A stretch of 55,525 bases of DNA, from the NCBI GenBank assembly GCA_001938485.1, contig MQRK01233039.1, forward strand, positions 20,464-75,988, given 5' to 3'. This document shows, piece by piece, positions 1 through 13,899 of this stretch. Numbering within the stretch: position 1 is the first letter of the stretch; each line of letters begins with the position of its first letter. Source of the stretch: Girardia tigrina. Lineage: Eukaryota. The notes under the pieces were generated by a model. The model was not told the DNA's origin and did no database searches. It saw only the letters and a list, made by a program, of their open reading frames with translations. Made by a program: the position numbers and the translations under genes.

Positions 1-1520
1 GCTTTTTGTGTTTGTACTGTTTGGATTTAATGTTTTGCAAATATACGATTTTGTACGTCACTCTTAGTTTTACTTTAAGGTATTTTTTAATATATTGGTG
101 CTTTTTAGTTAAGGCGGCAGCTGGGATCTTGCCTCGGCGGCAAAACACCTTGAGCCGGCACTGTTTCCATTCATCTATTGACAAAATCCTGGCATTTTCT
201 TTTGTGTTCTCTTCTTCAATTGTTCCCACTAAACATCGTCCAAGTTTGTCCTCAAAAGTTTCTTTCTTTATAAATTTCCGTACTTTATCATTTACTCTTG
301 CTTCACTTATCTCAACATTCCTTTCATCGTCTATCACTACNNNNNNNNNNNNNNNNNNNNNNNNNNNNNNNTAAATACCAATACTTTGGGAGTCACTGGT
401 ATCCTTTAATTTATTGCCCCGACTGGCTCCACTTCTGTCGAGGCGTTGCCTTTTGGGTGTTCACTTCCTGTAACCGATTCTTCATATTCTTTTTCAATGT
501 TATTCACGAATCTCCGATTATCTCCTAGTCTTTTGTCTTCTCTATCTCTACATCTTTGTTGATTGTAGCCCGATCCTCGATAGTTATTGTCCCCTGTATT
601 TTGCTATCTTCTTCTGCCATTAAGGTTTGTATAACATTCACTTTCACTGTACCCTTTATCTTGACATCTTTTGCATTCGATGTTTGGACAGTTTCTTCTT
701 ACGTGTCCCTGTTGTCCACAACCATAACATTTTATTGGTCTCCTTTCCGAACAAGTTCTCATCATGTGTCCTTCTTTTCCACGTCCGAAACACTTGATTG
801 GTTTTCTTTGTCTACATGTTTCACTTGTGTGACCTACTTTTTCACAATTTCTACACTTGACGGCTTTCATGCCTCGAGCGTATTCTGTAGTATTTCTAGC
901 AACCCCTGTCTGATTTGTCCGTATATACTGTCCCCTGTTACTGCTTCTCTGTAACTCCGGGGTCTGTTTTGCATCCCCTGGTCTCTTACTACATTTACGT
1001 CTTCTGTCACACTTTTGACGTCATGTTCTGCCTTTATCTTTTCTTTTATCTCATCTATTCCTTTTTGTTAAGTCTCTCTTCCTTTTTTATATCCACATCA
1101 TCACAACAATGTAACAATAATGCTTCCATGATAGCCTCTTTTGACAAGTCATGTTTCAAGATCTTGGCTGCGAGCTTTTCTTCTTTTAAAAAAATACTTC
1201 CGGTGTGTCTTCCTTCATCCTGTACCGGCATACCTCAGTCAGGTCTTCGAATAGTGAAGACGTTCGAGAGAATGCCTTTCTCAATCGGTCTTTGTAACCT
1301 ACCATTATCTTATCTACCACTTTGTATCGCTCTTTCAGATCTCTCTCCAATAAACAAATGACTATTGTCTCTTGTTTGGCCTTCGCTATTTCTGCAAAAT
1401 TAAAGAATGTTTCACATTCTTCAACAAATGTCTCCACATTATCACCTTTCCTATATATATTCTTTATTCATGATATATTCTTTAAATACTTCACAAATTT
1501 CAACTGATTTGCCGACATTT
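1..1520 (-). mobile_element. Ty3/Gypsy-type LTR retrotransposon 5' part: frameshifted gag with zinc knuckles
   Basis: ATG at 1471; ORF 604-870 has four CX2CX4HX4C-type knuckles (two degenerate); N-terminus resembles the gag at 19153-20082; element runs off the left edge. Confidence 0.8.
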
Positions 1521-2437
1521 AATGCATTACAATTTAAAAAGTTAAATAAAAAAAGAGATTATATTAAAATGTATTTTAAGTTTACTAATACATTTTTACA
1601 TTAAGTTTATATTAGTTCTTCTTCCGGAATATTTTGACAAACAACCATAAAATTCTTTTATAAAATTTTCAATATCAATCAATTTTTTAATTTTTAAATT
1701 TTTTTGAAGAAAGGACAAGTTGTCATATTAGTTATACCACACAAAAACATATACTTACTTTTGTTACTATAACACTTTTAATGATATAATTGATAAACAA
1801 TTTGAAAAGAGAAATGTCACTCGAAAATCAATGATTTCGAATTTTTAATTGAATACTTTATTATCCTTAAAGTTTGTCTAAAATTATCATAATTTCAGGG
1901 TTTAGTTACAATAATTTCTTATATCAAATCTCAGTTTTAAGATCAGTAATTTTATACCAAGATACTCGATCCAATTATCGGGTATAGAATTCGAAACAAA
2001 AAGGATCTCCTGATGATTTTAATTATTTTCAAATCTACATGGTCCAATAGATACTTTCATATGCTATCAATTCATCAGCTAGTTTTAGACGTACAAGCAT
2101 TAGTTAGTCTCATTCTAAATGTCTACAGGATTTGTGTGGTTAGTATTGCATATATAAAGAAAACTGTCATCCATGGAATCTTTACAAAAATATAAAAACG
2201 AAGAACAAGAGAAAGAAAGTGGCAAATAAAATTAAAAATCCATTGAATATAAAAAAAGATAAGATAAATATTTCCGACTCAAATAATTATTTAAAATTAA
2301 AAATTTGAAAAAAACATTAATTAATCAATTTATGACTGGCAATGATAAATAATGTAATTACAAAAAGGTTTAGTGTTTGAAAAAAGTTAGACTGTCAGAG
2401 ATATTTGTAGCTTCAAAAAACATACGGGATACATTAT

Positions 2438-2933
2438 TGATATTAAGACATTTAGACTAGTCGCGTTTGAACTTTTATTAGAATCACATTTAGAGTCATT
2501 ATGACTCTCAGAAAGTCTTTCGTCCTTTGTCATCATACTAATTGGTTTTCTTTTTCTCTATTTAATCATGATTATTCGAACAATTTTTCTAAGTCATTTT
2601 TTAAAATATAATAATTAATATTAATTAAAAATAATAAATTTTACCATTTGTCAATAAATCCCAAAATAATAAAAATGTCATCAAATTATTTAAAATACAT
2701 TTCATTTAAATTTTACCAAAACATTAAACTTAATTTTAATTGTTAAATTAAAAATATGAACTTATAAAATGATTATTTTAATTATGTTCGAATAGTCAAT
2801 CACTTTAAATTTATATAAAAAAATACCAATTTCCATCTGGGTGGGAGAATCACCATTCTTAATTTAACATACTTAAATCAACATACAGCATCACTACATT
2901 TACACATTCAAACAATTTAAAATATTCCTCACA
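2438..2933 (-). mobile_element. Solo LTR (same family as LTRs at 5658 and 6424)
   Basis: Reverse complement matches 5658-6135 and 6424-6955 along its length (e.g. ttccatctgggtgggagaatcaccatt); begins TGTGAG on the minus strand. Confidence 0.8.
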
Positions 2934-3521
2934 ATTGAAAAGTACAGTGTAATCCTTATAATAAACCATTTTTAAAAATAGATTATAACTGAAGAGAATA
3001 CTTAAAAAACGTCAATCCTACTTGTAATAGTCTACTGACTACTACGCGTATATATATATTTTTTATGTAAATACTGTTATTTTTTGTATAATGTCTGCTA
3101 TGTTTTTTTGGTCTTCTTGTATTTCATATTATTTCTGTGTGATGCCTTGTATGTGTCTAGTGTTAATCTCTGTGTTTTATTTTTTTTATTTTTTATGCAA
3201 ATCCGAAGTGATGAAAACAAACAATTTTTTGCAATCCTCAAGATTTTTGCAGTATGGTTGTCCATGCCGTCGTTGGCTCATGTTTTTTTACCGCATTGAT
3301 CGGTTTTTGAACAAAACAAATGTGACTGACAATTGGTAGTAATCCAATTACCAACAGTAATATAACCACAATATTATTTTATGATAATATTGTTACCAAC
3401 ATTAATTTTGATTTTAAAATTCAAATCTTGAATTTTAAATCAATTATAATTAAATAATTGTAATAATAAATTTACTGATAATTGCGATTTCTTTCAACGA
3501 CAATTACAGAATTGACTATAT

Positions 3522-3571
3522 CCGAAGAATTTCCAGTTTACTTGATATTTCGAAGAATTTCCAGTTTACTT
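3522..3571. repeat. Tandem duplication (cgaagaatttccagtttactt x2, 29-bp period)
   Basis: Direct reading. Confidence 0.8.
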
Positions 3572-4421
3572 ATTATTTCGACGAAATTTGGGGATAATTT
3601 GTTTATAGTGACTATCATCTACATTTGATCAACATTCTAACGTACTATTTTATTTACTGTGAGTAACCTTTCTGTGAATAAAAAGTTAATAGTTGTAATC
3701 AAGATTATTATACTCATTTATTCGTTGAATTTATTCTATTTTTTTACAATCTAATCAGTTTCATCAAATAAGCACCTAGTTTGATTAACTTGGTTAGATT
3801 TATTTTTATACAATAAAAAAATTAAGTATTCATTCTCTATTAGATTGACCAACGGATACTTTATTTTTTTATACTACTTTTTAAAAAAATGATATTTAAA
3901 TGAGAACTACGACTGAAGATAAAGTAAACATAATATGAGAAACTCCGTGATTTAATATAGAATGATTCCGAACTTCGATGAAACAACATTCGTTTATTTT
4001 TAAAAACTTTGTTCAAGCCTTTAAACCTTACATCCTCATTTGTCGGAAATCATCCTTTTCTTCGTTTAATTTTTCTGCTCTCCAGAGTTGTTGGTAAATA
4101 AGCGATTATTTACGTTATTTCATTATATTATGTTAACAAATAAATAAAGGGAAATTAGTCAATTAAATTTTGTGATTAATCGCTTTTTGACTAATATTAA
4201 TTTTAAATATTTTTTTTAAATATTTTAAGTTCATCATGCACGAGGGGAAAATTTTTGATTTTTGACCTATATTAAGCTTTGTACTTAACGTACTGGTGGT
4301 AATAATTACAGTTAATCGTGTAAAATAATTTAAAATCTGCTCAAAGGTAATTTATCAAAGAAATTATCTTTATGTTTTATTTTTTAACTTTTAATATTTA
4401 CTAATCTTAATTTTTTTCCAG

Positions 4422-4743
4422 GTATGGAGATTAGATACTATTGTCAGTATGCTCTACCATGGAATGCCAATGTCCAGTACAGACACAAATATAATCGTTC
4501 ATACTTGTGATCAAGAACTTTGTGTTCGACCACAACATCTTAGATTCAGGGCCAGTGCTGTCGCCCTTGCTGTGGTATTAAAAGCTCTTCAACAAGGGGG
4601 ATATCAGTTGATTCCTCCGAAAAAGAATTTAAAAGAGAAAGATAATGAAAAACTGGAATCTGGAGATCCTGAAAATGGATTGGAACCAAACAGTAACAGA
4701 TCAGGCTCTGCCAGCTCGAGTATTAGTGTTACTCAAAATCAAG
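4422..4743 (+). CDS. NFI: NFI/CTF-like transcription factor, exon A (C-terminal half of MH1-type DNA-binding domain); gene 5'-partial
   Basis: Polypyrimidine acceptor ttttttccag| at 4421 and donor G|gtatt at 4744. Translation VWRLDTIVSMLYHGMPMSSTD..HTCDQELCVRPQHL aligns in register with recalled NFI consensus [29 protein letters not shown]. Confidence 0.88.
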
Positions 4744-5657
4744 GTATTAATAGATTTCATTTTCCAATAATTACTTTATAATTTATAATATTAAGTACCC
4801 TTTCTATCGACTAAATTTACAATTAATATTTCTCATAGAGGGTTTGTTCTGGTTTAATTTGTCAATAATAACAAAATATGTTTTGTTTTGAAATAATTTT
4901 AATTTGTCTGTTATAGTTGTTTTGTAAATTATTATAATTATGAAACATTATAACATACTAAAATGCGTTTCAACAATAAATATACATACATATATAAGTA
5001 TTATATTTCTATATATATTTTTTGTATTAAAAGAATAATTCTAACACTTTCTAAATATAGCTTTTTGCCCATATTCAACTGTTCATTGAAGATTCGCTAT
5101 ACATCGAGATTTACCACTGCCGGAGGAAACCTCTTTAGCAATTGGGTGAAATCAGAATTCCATTAGAGCCGCTAGCAAGAGAGTAACGTTAGGAAAAGAA
5201 AACTTATTAAAGAAAAAACGTCTATGCTAGTATTTTATGTATATTGTATTAATTTACCAAATGATTAACAATTGGCTCAAGCAAAGTGACTTTCATGTAT
5301 CTGTTTCTGTAGACTTTATTTTGTCGATTGAGAATCAACCAGAAAAAAATTGATAAATTATTACTACAAATCAGCACAATTGCTTTGTTGAAAATCTTAC
5401 GCATTTTGTTTTATTTCTTGTATCTGTTTTTATAATTTGTTGTTTGAAATTTAAATTCAAATAATTATTATATTTATTATCATTATTTATATTCATTATT
5501 AATCATCCTCAAAGACAAAATTCAGTTCGACTTTGTTCAACATTTTGAAGAACAATCGCTGTTAATTTTTATTACTGTGATTTGCCTTTTGTTTACGTTA
5601 TGATATTTTATAAATAAGAAAATAAACTAAATTATTTAAATAAAAAAGAATTAAAGA

Positions 5658-6960
5658 TGTGAGTAATATTTAAACTATTGTGAATGTGTAAGTGTATTGA
5701 TACTGTATGTTGATTTAAGTATGTTGAATTTAGAATGGTGATTACCACCCAGATGGAAATTGGTATTTTTTAAAATTTAAAGTGATTGAACATTCGAACA
5801 TAATTAAAATAATAATTTAATAAGATTATATTTTTTAAATTAACAATTAAAATTAAGTTTAATATTTTTAATAAAATTTAAATTAAATTCATTTTCAATA
5901 ATTTGATAACATTTTTATTATTTTAGGTTTTTATTAAGAAATGGTTAAAATTATTATTTTTAATTAATAATTTTAGACGTTAAATATTTTAAAAAGATTT
6001 TGAAAAATTGTTCGAATAATCATGATAAAAGATAAATAATAAAACGATGTCAAACGGTGAAAGATCATCTGAGAGTTGTAATGACTCTAAATGTGATAGT
6101 AATAAAAATTCAAATGAAAATTGTCTCAATGTTCTTGGTAAAAGAGATTAATATGATTAAATAAAAATTTAAATAAAAATAATTAAACGAAAATCTTCGA
6201 AGAAAACTAAGACATTGGTGAAAAAACACCGCAGAAGGAATATTTCAGGTCGGAGATAAAGTCTTGATAAAGAAAGTTAACCCATCAAAAGAGGATGACC
6301 GTTAAATGGGACCAGCTAAAATTATAAAGTAAAGACACGAAAGAAGTTATGAGATACAGCTATATTATTACAGCATTTTGATCAGAAATGTAGTATGGCT
6401 AAGGCCTTTTCATTCGAGGGGGATGTGAGAAATATTTTAAATTGCTTGAATGTGTGAAAGTATTGATTCTGTACGTTGATTTGAGTATGTTCAAATTTGA
6501 ATGGTGATTCTCCCACCCAGATGGAAATTGGTATTTTTGTTAATTTAAAGTGATTGACTATTCGAACATAATGAAAATAATAATTTGATAAGTTTATATT
6601 TTTTAAATTAACCATTAAAATTAAGTTTAATATTTTTAATTAAAGAAAAGCATTTAATTATATATAAATAAAATTAATAAAATTTAAATTGAATTATTTT
6701 TTTAACAATTTGATAACATTTTATGGTTTTAGTTTTTTTATTAAGAAATGGTTAAATTTATTATTTTTAATTAATATTTGTAGAAATTAAATATTTTAAA
6801 AAGATTTAAATATTGTTAGACTAATAATTATTAAAAATAGAAATAAAAAAAACAAGTAGAACGATGTCAAATGGTGAAAGATTTTCCAAGAGTTGTAATG
6901 ACTCTAAATGTGATAATAATAAAAATTCTAATGAAAATTGTCTCAATGCTCTTAATAATA
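5658..6960 (+). mobile_element. Internally deleted (TRIM-like) LTR element: LTR 5658-~6135, ~290-bp integrase tail remnant, PPT, LTR 6424-~6960
   Basis: Two diverged ~480-530 bp direct repeats starting TGTGAG; internal VGDKVLIKKVNPSKEDDR*MGPAKII..HERSYEI (Gypsy integrase C-terminus); polypurine tract gagggggga immediately before the 3' LTR. Confidence 0.82.
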
Positions 6961-9127
6961 CGTTTCATAAACTTTGTTGCAGGAGCATATTCCTGAAGAC
7001 AACCAAAAGACCAAAATAATCTATTATAGGCATAAGTTGGATTTTAAAAATTCCTTTTGTTTTAGAAAAAATAATATTAAAAAAGTATATCTTGAGCGAC
7101 AATTTATATTATTCATGAGTTCATTTCGTAACTTTTCAAATCCGTCCCAGTTGTTTGACCAGTTAATAAAAGTTCCTTTCAATAAATGTTGAACTTTGTC
7201 TCTATCTTTCCTTTCTTTAATTTTTTCTTTTTGATTTTTTTATTCCTTGCTTTCAGACAGATTTTACACAGAACATAATGAAACAAAATTTTTACTTTGA
7301 ATTTTACTTTTTAAATAAATTATAACATACTTAAAAATATGATGTCAAATTAAAAATTAACAAGACAAAATCAATTATTATATTGTTGCACCAATCTAAT
7401 AATATAAAATGACCTTTTAGTTGGTTTAAAAATAGAAATAAGATTATGAATATCATTAATAATCTTAAGATGTTTCAAAATCAGAATATTATTGAAAAAT
7501 AAAAAAACAGTATTTCTTTACATCACAAAAGAATTTCTGAAGATTATTTTCTGAAACTATCAGAAATAGTAGAAAAAAATAAGAGAGTATTTCTGTCTGA
7601 TAGCGCATAATCGAATATTAATTATATCTGCTTCCTGCCCACTGACATTTTTGCATAGTCAGTAAATTAAAAAATTGAGCTCAGGGCTGTAAAAAAATTA
7701 TTTAGACAATAAGAACATAAAGACTTTAAAGAAGATTAGTTAATATGAATTGTATAATTAAAATTTACGATCAGAAATTTGTAAAAACATTGTTTCCTTT
7801 AGAAAAGACCTCATAATATTTATCTTTCATAAGGATGACCTTCAAAAGAAAGTATTAAAACAGTATATATTTGAACAAGGTCTTTGACATGTGTATTTCT
7901 AAGACGTAACTTAAATCAAATTTATGTTTATTATAAACAGTAATAACCACTACAATATGATATATTATTTGATAAACATTTTTCATATCTTAAATGATCG
8001 TCGAACAAGGTTCATTTTTAGAACTCGACTTTCATAGGGTATTAAACCAATCTTGTATTATAATACATTTTATTGGTGTGTCGTTATTAATATTACAAAA
8101 GAAAATTAGAAGCATCTTTTGGTGTAAATCAGGCGGCAAATGGAAGCGATTTTGATAAAATTGAAAACATTTGCAAGTTTATTTAGTCTTGATGGTTGAA
8201 TACATTTACTGTCAAAAGCCACGAAAATAAATCTATACTCCACTAGACACTGGCTTCGTATGGCGACGAAAGTGATAACGTGAATTTCCGGAGTTAAATT
8301 AAAATTCAGTAACTTTTGATTTATTATTATTTCTATTAATTTGACTTGGAAAATTTTGACTTTTTGAAAGGAACATTGGAAGTATTAAACATTAAAACCG
8401 TATTAACAAATTCTAAGAAAACAGATGAGCTTTTTTTCGTTTTAAAAAGAAAATGTTCTTGAGATGTTATATTGCAAACAAAATATAGCCTAAAGTTAAA
8501 AACATCAATTAAATTGTGATAAAAAAATGTCTGAAGTAAAGTCAATGAATAAAATTTCTGAGTTTGTTTTGTTGCTTGACTCAAATAAACCCTGAACAAC
8601 CACCAACAAATTCATGTTAACAACCAAAAGAGGTTCAATTGATTTGTAAAGGGAGAACATTAATTTTAACATTAGATATTCTTGCTCATTTTGAAAGTTA
8701 ATTAAACTGAAAAGTTAATAATTTATTTTCTTCTTGAGTAAAATTTAAAAAGAAATTTTTAAAATAACATAACATACAATATAATAAAATGTTCCACTTT
8801 TAACGGAAAATCTTTCTCGTGAGTAAAACAATTTTTATAAATAGAAACCTTTTATTCGGATTAGTGGGGCACTCTCTTCATTCCTACAAAGAATTATTTA
8901 TTATAAATGCGTGGTTCTCAAACTTTTCCTATTTGTGCTTCTTTTTCTAAGTTTGCTTTAGATTCATGGTATATTTCAAGAAAACTTTTTGATTGAAACA
9001 ATATAACAACAACTAAAGACAAAGATAAATTTTTATAAAGATCAATGATAAATATTTGGTAGAAGTGAAATACATTCCAAATAAATCTATGAAGATGTAA
9101 TTTATTTACAATGTTTACTTAAAATTA

Positions 9128-9129
<2 letters not shown>

Positions 9130-9180
<51 letters not shown>
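9130..9180. repeat. (ATT)n microsatellite
   Basis: Direct reading. Confidence 0.95.
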
Positions 9181-9182
<2 letters not shown>

Positions 9183-9552
9183 ATTATAATTCAATATTTC
9201 GTTGCAGTATATTATTAAAGAATATAAATGTATCGGTAAAAATGAGAAAATATATGTGATAAATTTCACAACCTTCATATTTTCTTCAAATGTCGCAATC
9301 CTGTTAAATTTATCATCAGAAGTTTTTTTTCGTGAAATAAAAGTATCCAAAATTAACGGCGGAAAAAGTATAGATTAAATGCATTTGTAAAATCTATTCT
9401 GAAAATCATTTAAAGAATGATGAGTTAAGTGATTTCTTAATTGTTCGGCTTCTTTCAGGTTTTACTCGTCAGTAATACAAATAATATGATAAGGGAATTT
9501 TATATTTCACACATGAAAATCAATATGGAGGATATGTTTTTTAAATATTATA

Positions 9553-11035
9553 CAGTGCTGGAAAAAAAGTCTTTTGACAGTGCACTTTTTTGCGATTTTT
9601 ACTGAAAATATATTACCAAAAACAGTTTTTCAACCCAATTTCTTAATACAACCTTATAAACGTATATTTTATCTATTTTAAGTAAAGAATTAATACCAGG
9701 ATTTTTTAATTTCAATCAAAAGAGAGAAATTTTTATTTAAAAACGATAAAATATCAAGCTAAAAGTTAATCAGGATAATACGGCATAAAATGAATAAAAT
9801 AGTAACAGGAATTGATAAAATACGTTAAAGGATCATAGTTTAAGCCAATCGAGTTCAATATTTGGTTGGGTACCATCTGTTTCGGATAACAGCTTCGATA
9901 CGGGGTGGCATGCTCTCTGCAAGTTTCTGGCACTCCTCTGCAGTGGTCTCTAGGCACCATACCCGTTTGATTTCCTCTTTTAATTGACTTATAGATGTTA
10001 TATCAATCTCACTGAGTTTCCTCTTCATGTTGGACCACAGATGTTCACTTGGATTCAGGTCTGGGCTGTTGGATGGTCAGTCAAGCAGCTCAATGTTGTT
10101 GTCCTGAAACCATTTCAGCGCCTTTTTTGAACAATGGCAATAGGCATTGTCTTGCTGGAAAATTGTACAACCATGGACGAAAATGTCTTCGAAATGTCTG
10201 ATTGGGGCAATTGTTGCTTTGGAATGAGCTGTCATCACTGAACATGACCTTTTTCCACTGTTCAATCGTATAATTCTTGTATTTTTCACAAAATTGTAAT
10301 CGCATCTTTCTCATTGCACTTGTAATGATTGGTTTTTTCACAGCTGTACGGGCTGGCATTTTGAATTCCTTGCACAGGCGATTTCTTATTGTATGTGTCG
10401 TAACATTGCTGCACTGCACTGTCAGATTGCGCTTGATTTGGGCAGAAGTAATAAAGGTATTCTTCACTGCTTGCCTTCTTATTAGTGCATCAACTCGGGG
10501 AGTGGTTGCTTTAGGCCTACCTAATCTTGTTTTAATTGAAGTATTGCCTTCGGATTCATATCTTTTTATTATATTGGCAACAGATTGATGGGAAATTCCA
10601 TACTGAACTGCAATTTCTCTTGTTGACAGACTTTTATTGCAGTGTAAAGCTATAATAGCACCTCAAATCTTTTGGTCAACTTTTTTTCCAGACATAGCAA
10701 AAAAAATTCGCGATTTGATTGGTTGATGAGGGAAGAAAGAAGGATAATGCATCATATGCAATACAAGTGACGCAGCTTATTTTGCATACACTGTACATAT
10801 AAGAGCATATTCACATGTGTATACATAGCCATGCATACATATTATTATGTAAGCATTATGTATGCTCACATAATATCCTTAAATAGTCTCACTCTATTAA
10901 TTCTTTACTTAATATAGATAAAATATACGTTTATAAGGTTGTATTAAAAAATTGGGATGAAAAACTGTTTTTGGTAATACATTTTCACTAAAAATCGCAA
11001 AAAGTGCACTGTCAAAATACTTTTTTCCAGCACTG
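9553..11035 (-). mobile_element. Tc1-family DNA transposon, defective transposase
   Basis: ~140-bp TIRs (CAGTGCTGGAAAAAA...), TA on both flanks. Transposase ATG at 10695, WKKVMFSDDSSF, FQQDNAYCH, SPDLNPSEHLW motifs with frameshifts and an internal deletion. Confidence 0.95.
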
Positions 11036-13899
11036 TACTTGTTATGGATATTTCTAGGGGCTACCATCTATTCTTAAATAACTGAAATATAGGAAATAAA
11101 TTGTTCTTTTAGCCACTCTTCTTATAGTCATTTTTTCTCGTAATCAACAGTTTATTGAATTTGTTAAAATTTTGCTCCTCTTTCCTTTCATAATCATAAT
11201 TGACCATTAAAAATAGATTATCGTTTAAAACTTACAGGATTAATCTAATACGTTAATCAAAATGTTTGTTAATCAGTTTTATGGCGAGTTATTATTAAAA
11301 GTGTTGTAACAAATTGAAGATTGAACACCTAAAGGGAAGTTTGATTTCACTTTTGATAATTTAATTTTAGAAAATGGAACTTTATCTTTAGTTTTTCGAT
11401 TTAATACTTTTGGGGTCTTCACACTAATATTACTGATTTCTCGACACAAGGTTTGTTTATGAAATGTTTGCGCTTCTCTTCAGATACAATTTTCAATCAA
11501 AAAAGTTTTAAATGAAATCAAGGATAGCAATACGTTGATTTGATGAATTAATTCGTCTATAACCAAGCATGATATAGATGCTAATGATTATTTCATTGGG
11601 AAGCTTATCCAAATTTTGTGTAATCCTACTAATTTGTTGGAAGTTACTTAGGGAAATAGCAATTAGGGTGTGCATAAGATGAGGAGCTCCTGGCAAAAGG
11701 CTGCTGATCATAAATTTCAAATGACCAATTTCCTGAATACAAAAAGTCCCTAATCTAAATATTTACTTATCTTCCACTCATTGAAAGACTTATTACTCTT
11801 ACAGATATCTATCTTAGCACAAACGTTCTGTTTTTAGTTTATCTCTGTTACTTTACTTAATTTACATAACAATTTTTAGTAATTATTTTCCTTATAAATA
11901 TCATTATTTATTATCCTTTTTTCATTTGGAAATTGAACAAATTAATAAAAGAAGTTTCTCCATTATTAAGTCTACGTCGTCAACAGACACTTCAAACTCC
12001 GCTTTTGCTTTTTATCCAAGCAAAATTATCAAAAAAATATTTCCACTAAATTATTTTTTTTATTTTTTATTATTTTTATGTTTTTCGATGGAATAAAATT
12101 TAATTCTAAATTGTGCAGTGATTATTGATTTTAAATTGACCTTTTTTATTTATGATTTTGAATACGTTTTACAACACGGTTTTATTAATCATATGTTAAT
12201 AATATTTTTGTTTGATATAATACTCAGGAAATTCTAATAGCTATTTCAAAAAATCTTAATTATTACATTTATTATTTAATCAATTCAAAAATATTTAAAA
12301 TATTGAAGTTAAAGTACTGTAAATATATATTCACAAAAATATTTACAAATTTTTTTAAACTCAAATATTTAGGAAAATGTAAATTGCTATTGAAAATAAA
12401 TCATTAATATTAAAATATTCCAAAATCAACGCGCCGTCATGATTGGGACACCTTTACAAAAAGTAACACAAACAAGATCTGGTGAGAACGTTAGAAGAGG
12501 TAAAACTTGAAATTGATGTAAAGATACCATTTTCACGAATCACATGATTAAACGCGTTAAAATGATGGATGTGATTGACTTGATAAAACACTTTTGTAGT
12601 TTTCTCTTTGAGCATTCATGACCTACGCAAACAACTTTTGAATTTTTTATATCAGTTCCAGGTGATGAACTATAGTTTAGAGGTCACCTATTCAGGTAAA
12701 TTAATTTGTTGTTTGAAGTGTTTTTTTCATGTAATAAAGCGTTTACATGTTCTTAGTATCCCTCAACTCAGAATTTTCATCTTTAAATCTGGAAAACTAT
12801 TTTAGTGAAACTCTTTTGATTTGCAAATTTTCCTTAATTATTTTATATAATTTGGTTAACTTTCACTGTTTTGACACTTTGATTAAAGGTAAATAAAGGA
12901 TGTTGGTAATGATCTTCAAATTTAATTAATAAAAAAATACACAAATAATTTTAAAGGATATGTTAATACTTCGTATATAAAAATGAACAAAATAGAAAAC
13001 CCTTAAAATTGAATGAGATTAAAATAGCGTGTGAACTAAGGTCTAAATAAGATAAATAATTTCTGTCAAACAAATAAAAAACAAAATCATTATTCATTGT
13101 GAATACAATTTAAATTTTAATTACATAAGATCATCCTTATTTTGAGTTATTTTAGAGAGTTTTAAACTTCAAACATAATTAATATAAGTTTTTATTAACC
13201 ATGCACTTGTTCAATATGTACCCAAGCAAACAGATAGATAACAACATTAAGGTTACATTGGACAAAAATGTACACAAACACTGGTTAAAAGGAAAAAAGG
13301 AAGAAAGCATTGAAGAGTACAAACAAATAATCAAAATAACATATTCAGAAGGATATAAAGCTGATCAAGTAAGATTCTTAATCATAGATTACGTTTTAAA
13401 AATATAATCTATTCCATTTCAAAGGATAAGTTTTCTGTAAGGGCTTTTATTCACATAATGACCTTTCTTTGAATCATTATTGATAAGAATACGACATCCC
13501 ATTAATTAGTATTCTAAATGGGCAAAGTAAGGCCTTCTCCATTCTTAACATATTTAATTAAAATAAATAAAAAAATTGTCCAGTAAAGTCCTTTCAAATT
13601 TAATATTTACTGATAAAATTTCCAATTATTTAACATTTTTATTTAACAATAGAAAAAGGTACCGATACAGGGGATAGTGATGTAAAGCTATGTTGGAATT
13701 TATGGAGACAGTAAATGACCTATTTACTTTATCTCCAAGGTGAAAACAACAATTCCTTAAAGTATTTAAACAAAGAATTAATAAACAATAATTGGAGAAG
13801 TTTAGTAGTACAAAAAGACCATTTATTCACCAATTAAACAAGCTAAAAGCTACACCAACTCAGATTCACACTCAAAAACATTCATTCACAGGTAAAACA

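Noticed and set aside
556-1361. Plus-strand hydrophobic ORFs
   Set aside because: Antisense shadows of the gag region.
3084-3339. ORFs as the missing upstream NFI exon
   Set aside because: No RRIDCLRQADK-like motif or convincing splice sites.
4449-4781. Stand-alone HNH/homing endonuclease gene
   Set aside because: Bounded by splice sites, carries the NFI VWRLD/STD signature, lacks the metal-binding Asn, and splices in frame to NFI-like downstream exons.
11150-13780. Possible decayed TE coding remnants (also 36900-37600 and 50000-50400)
   Set aside because: No motif clear enough to assign.
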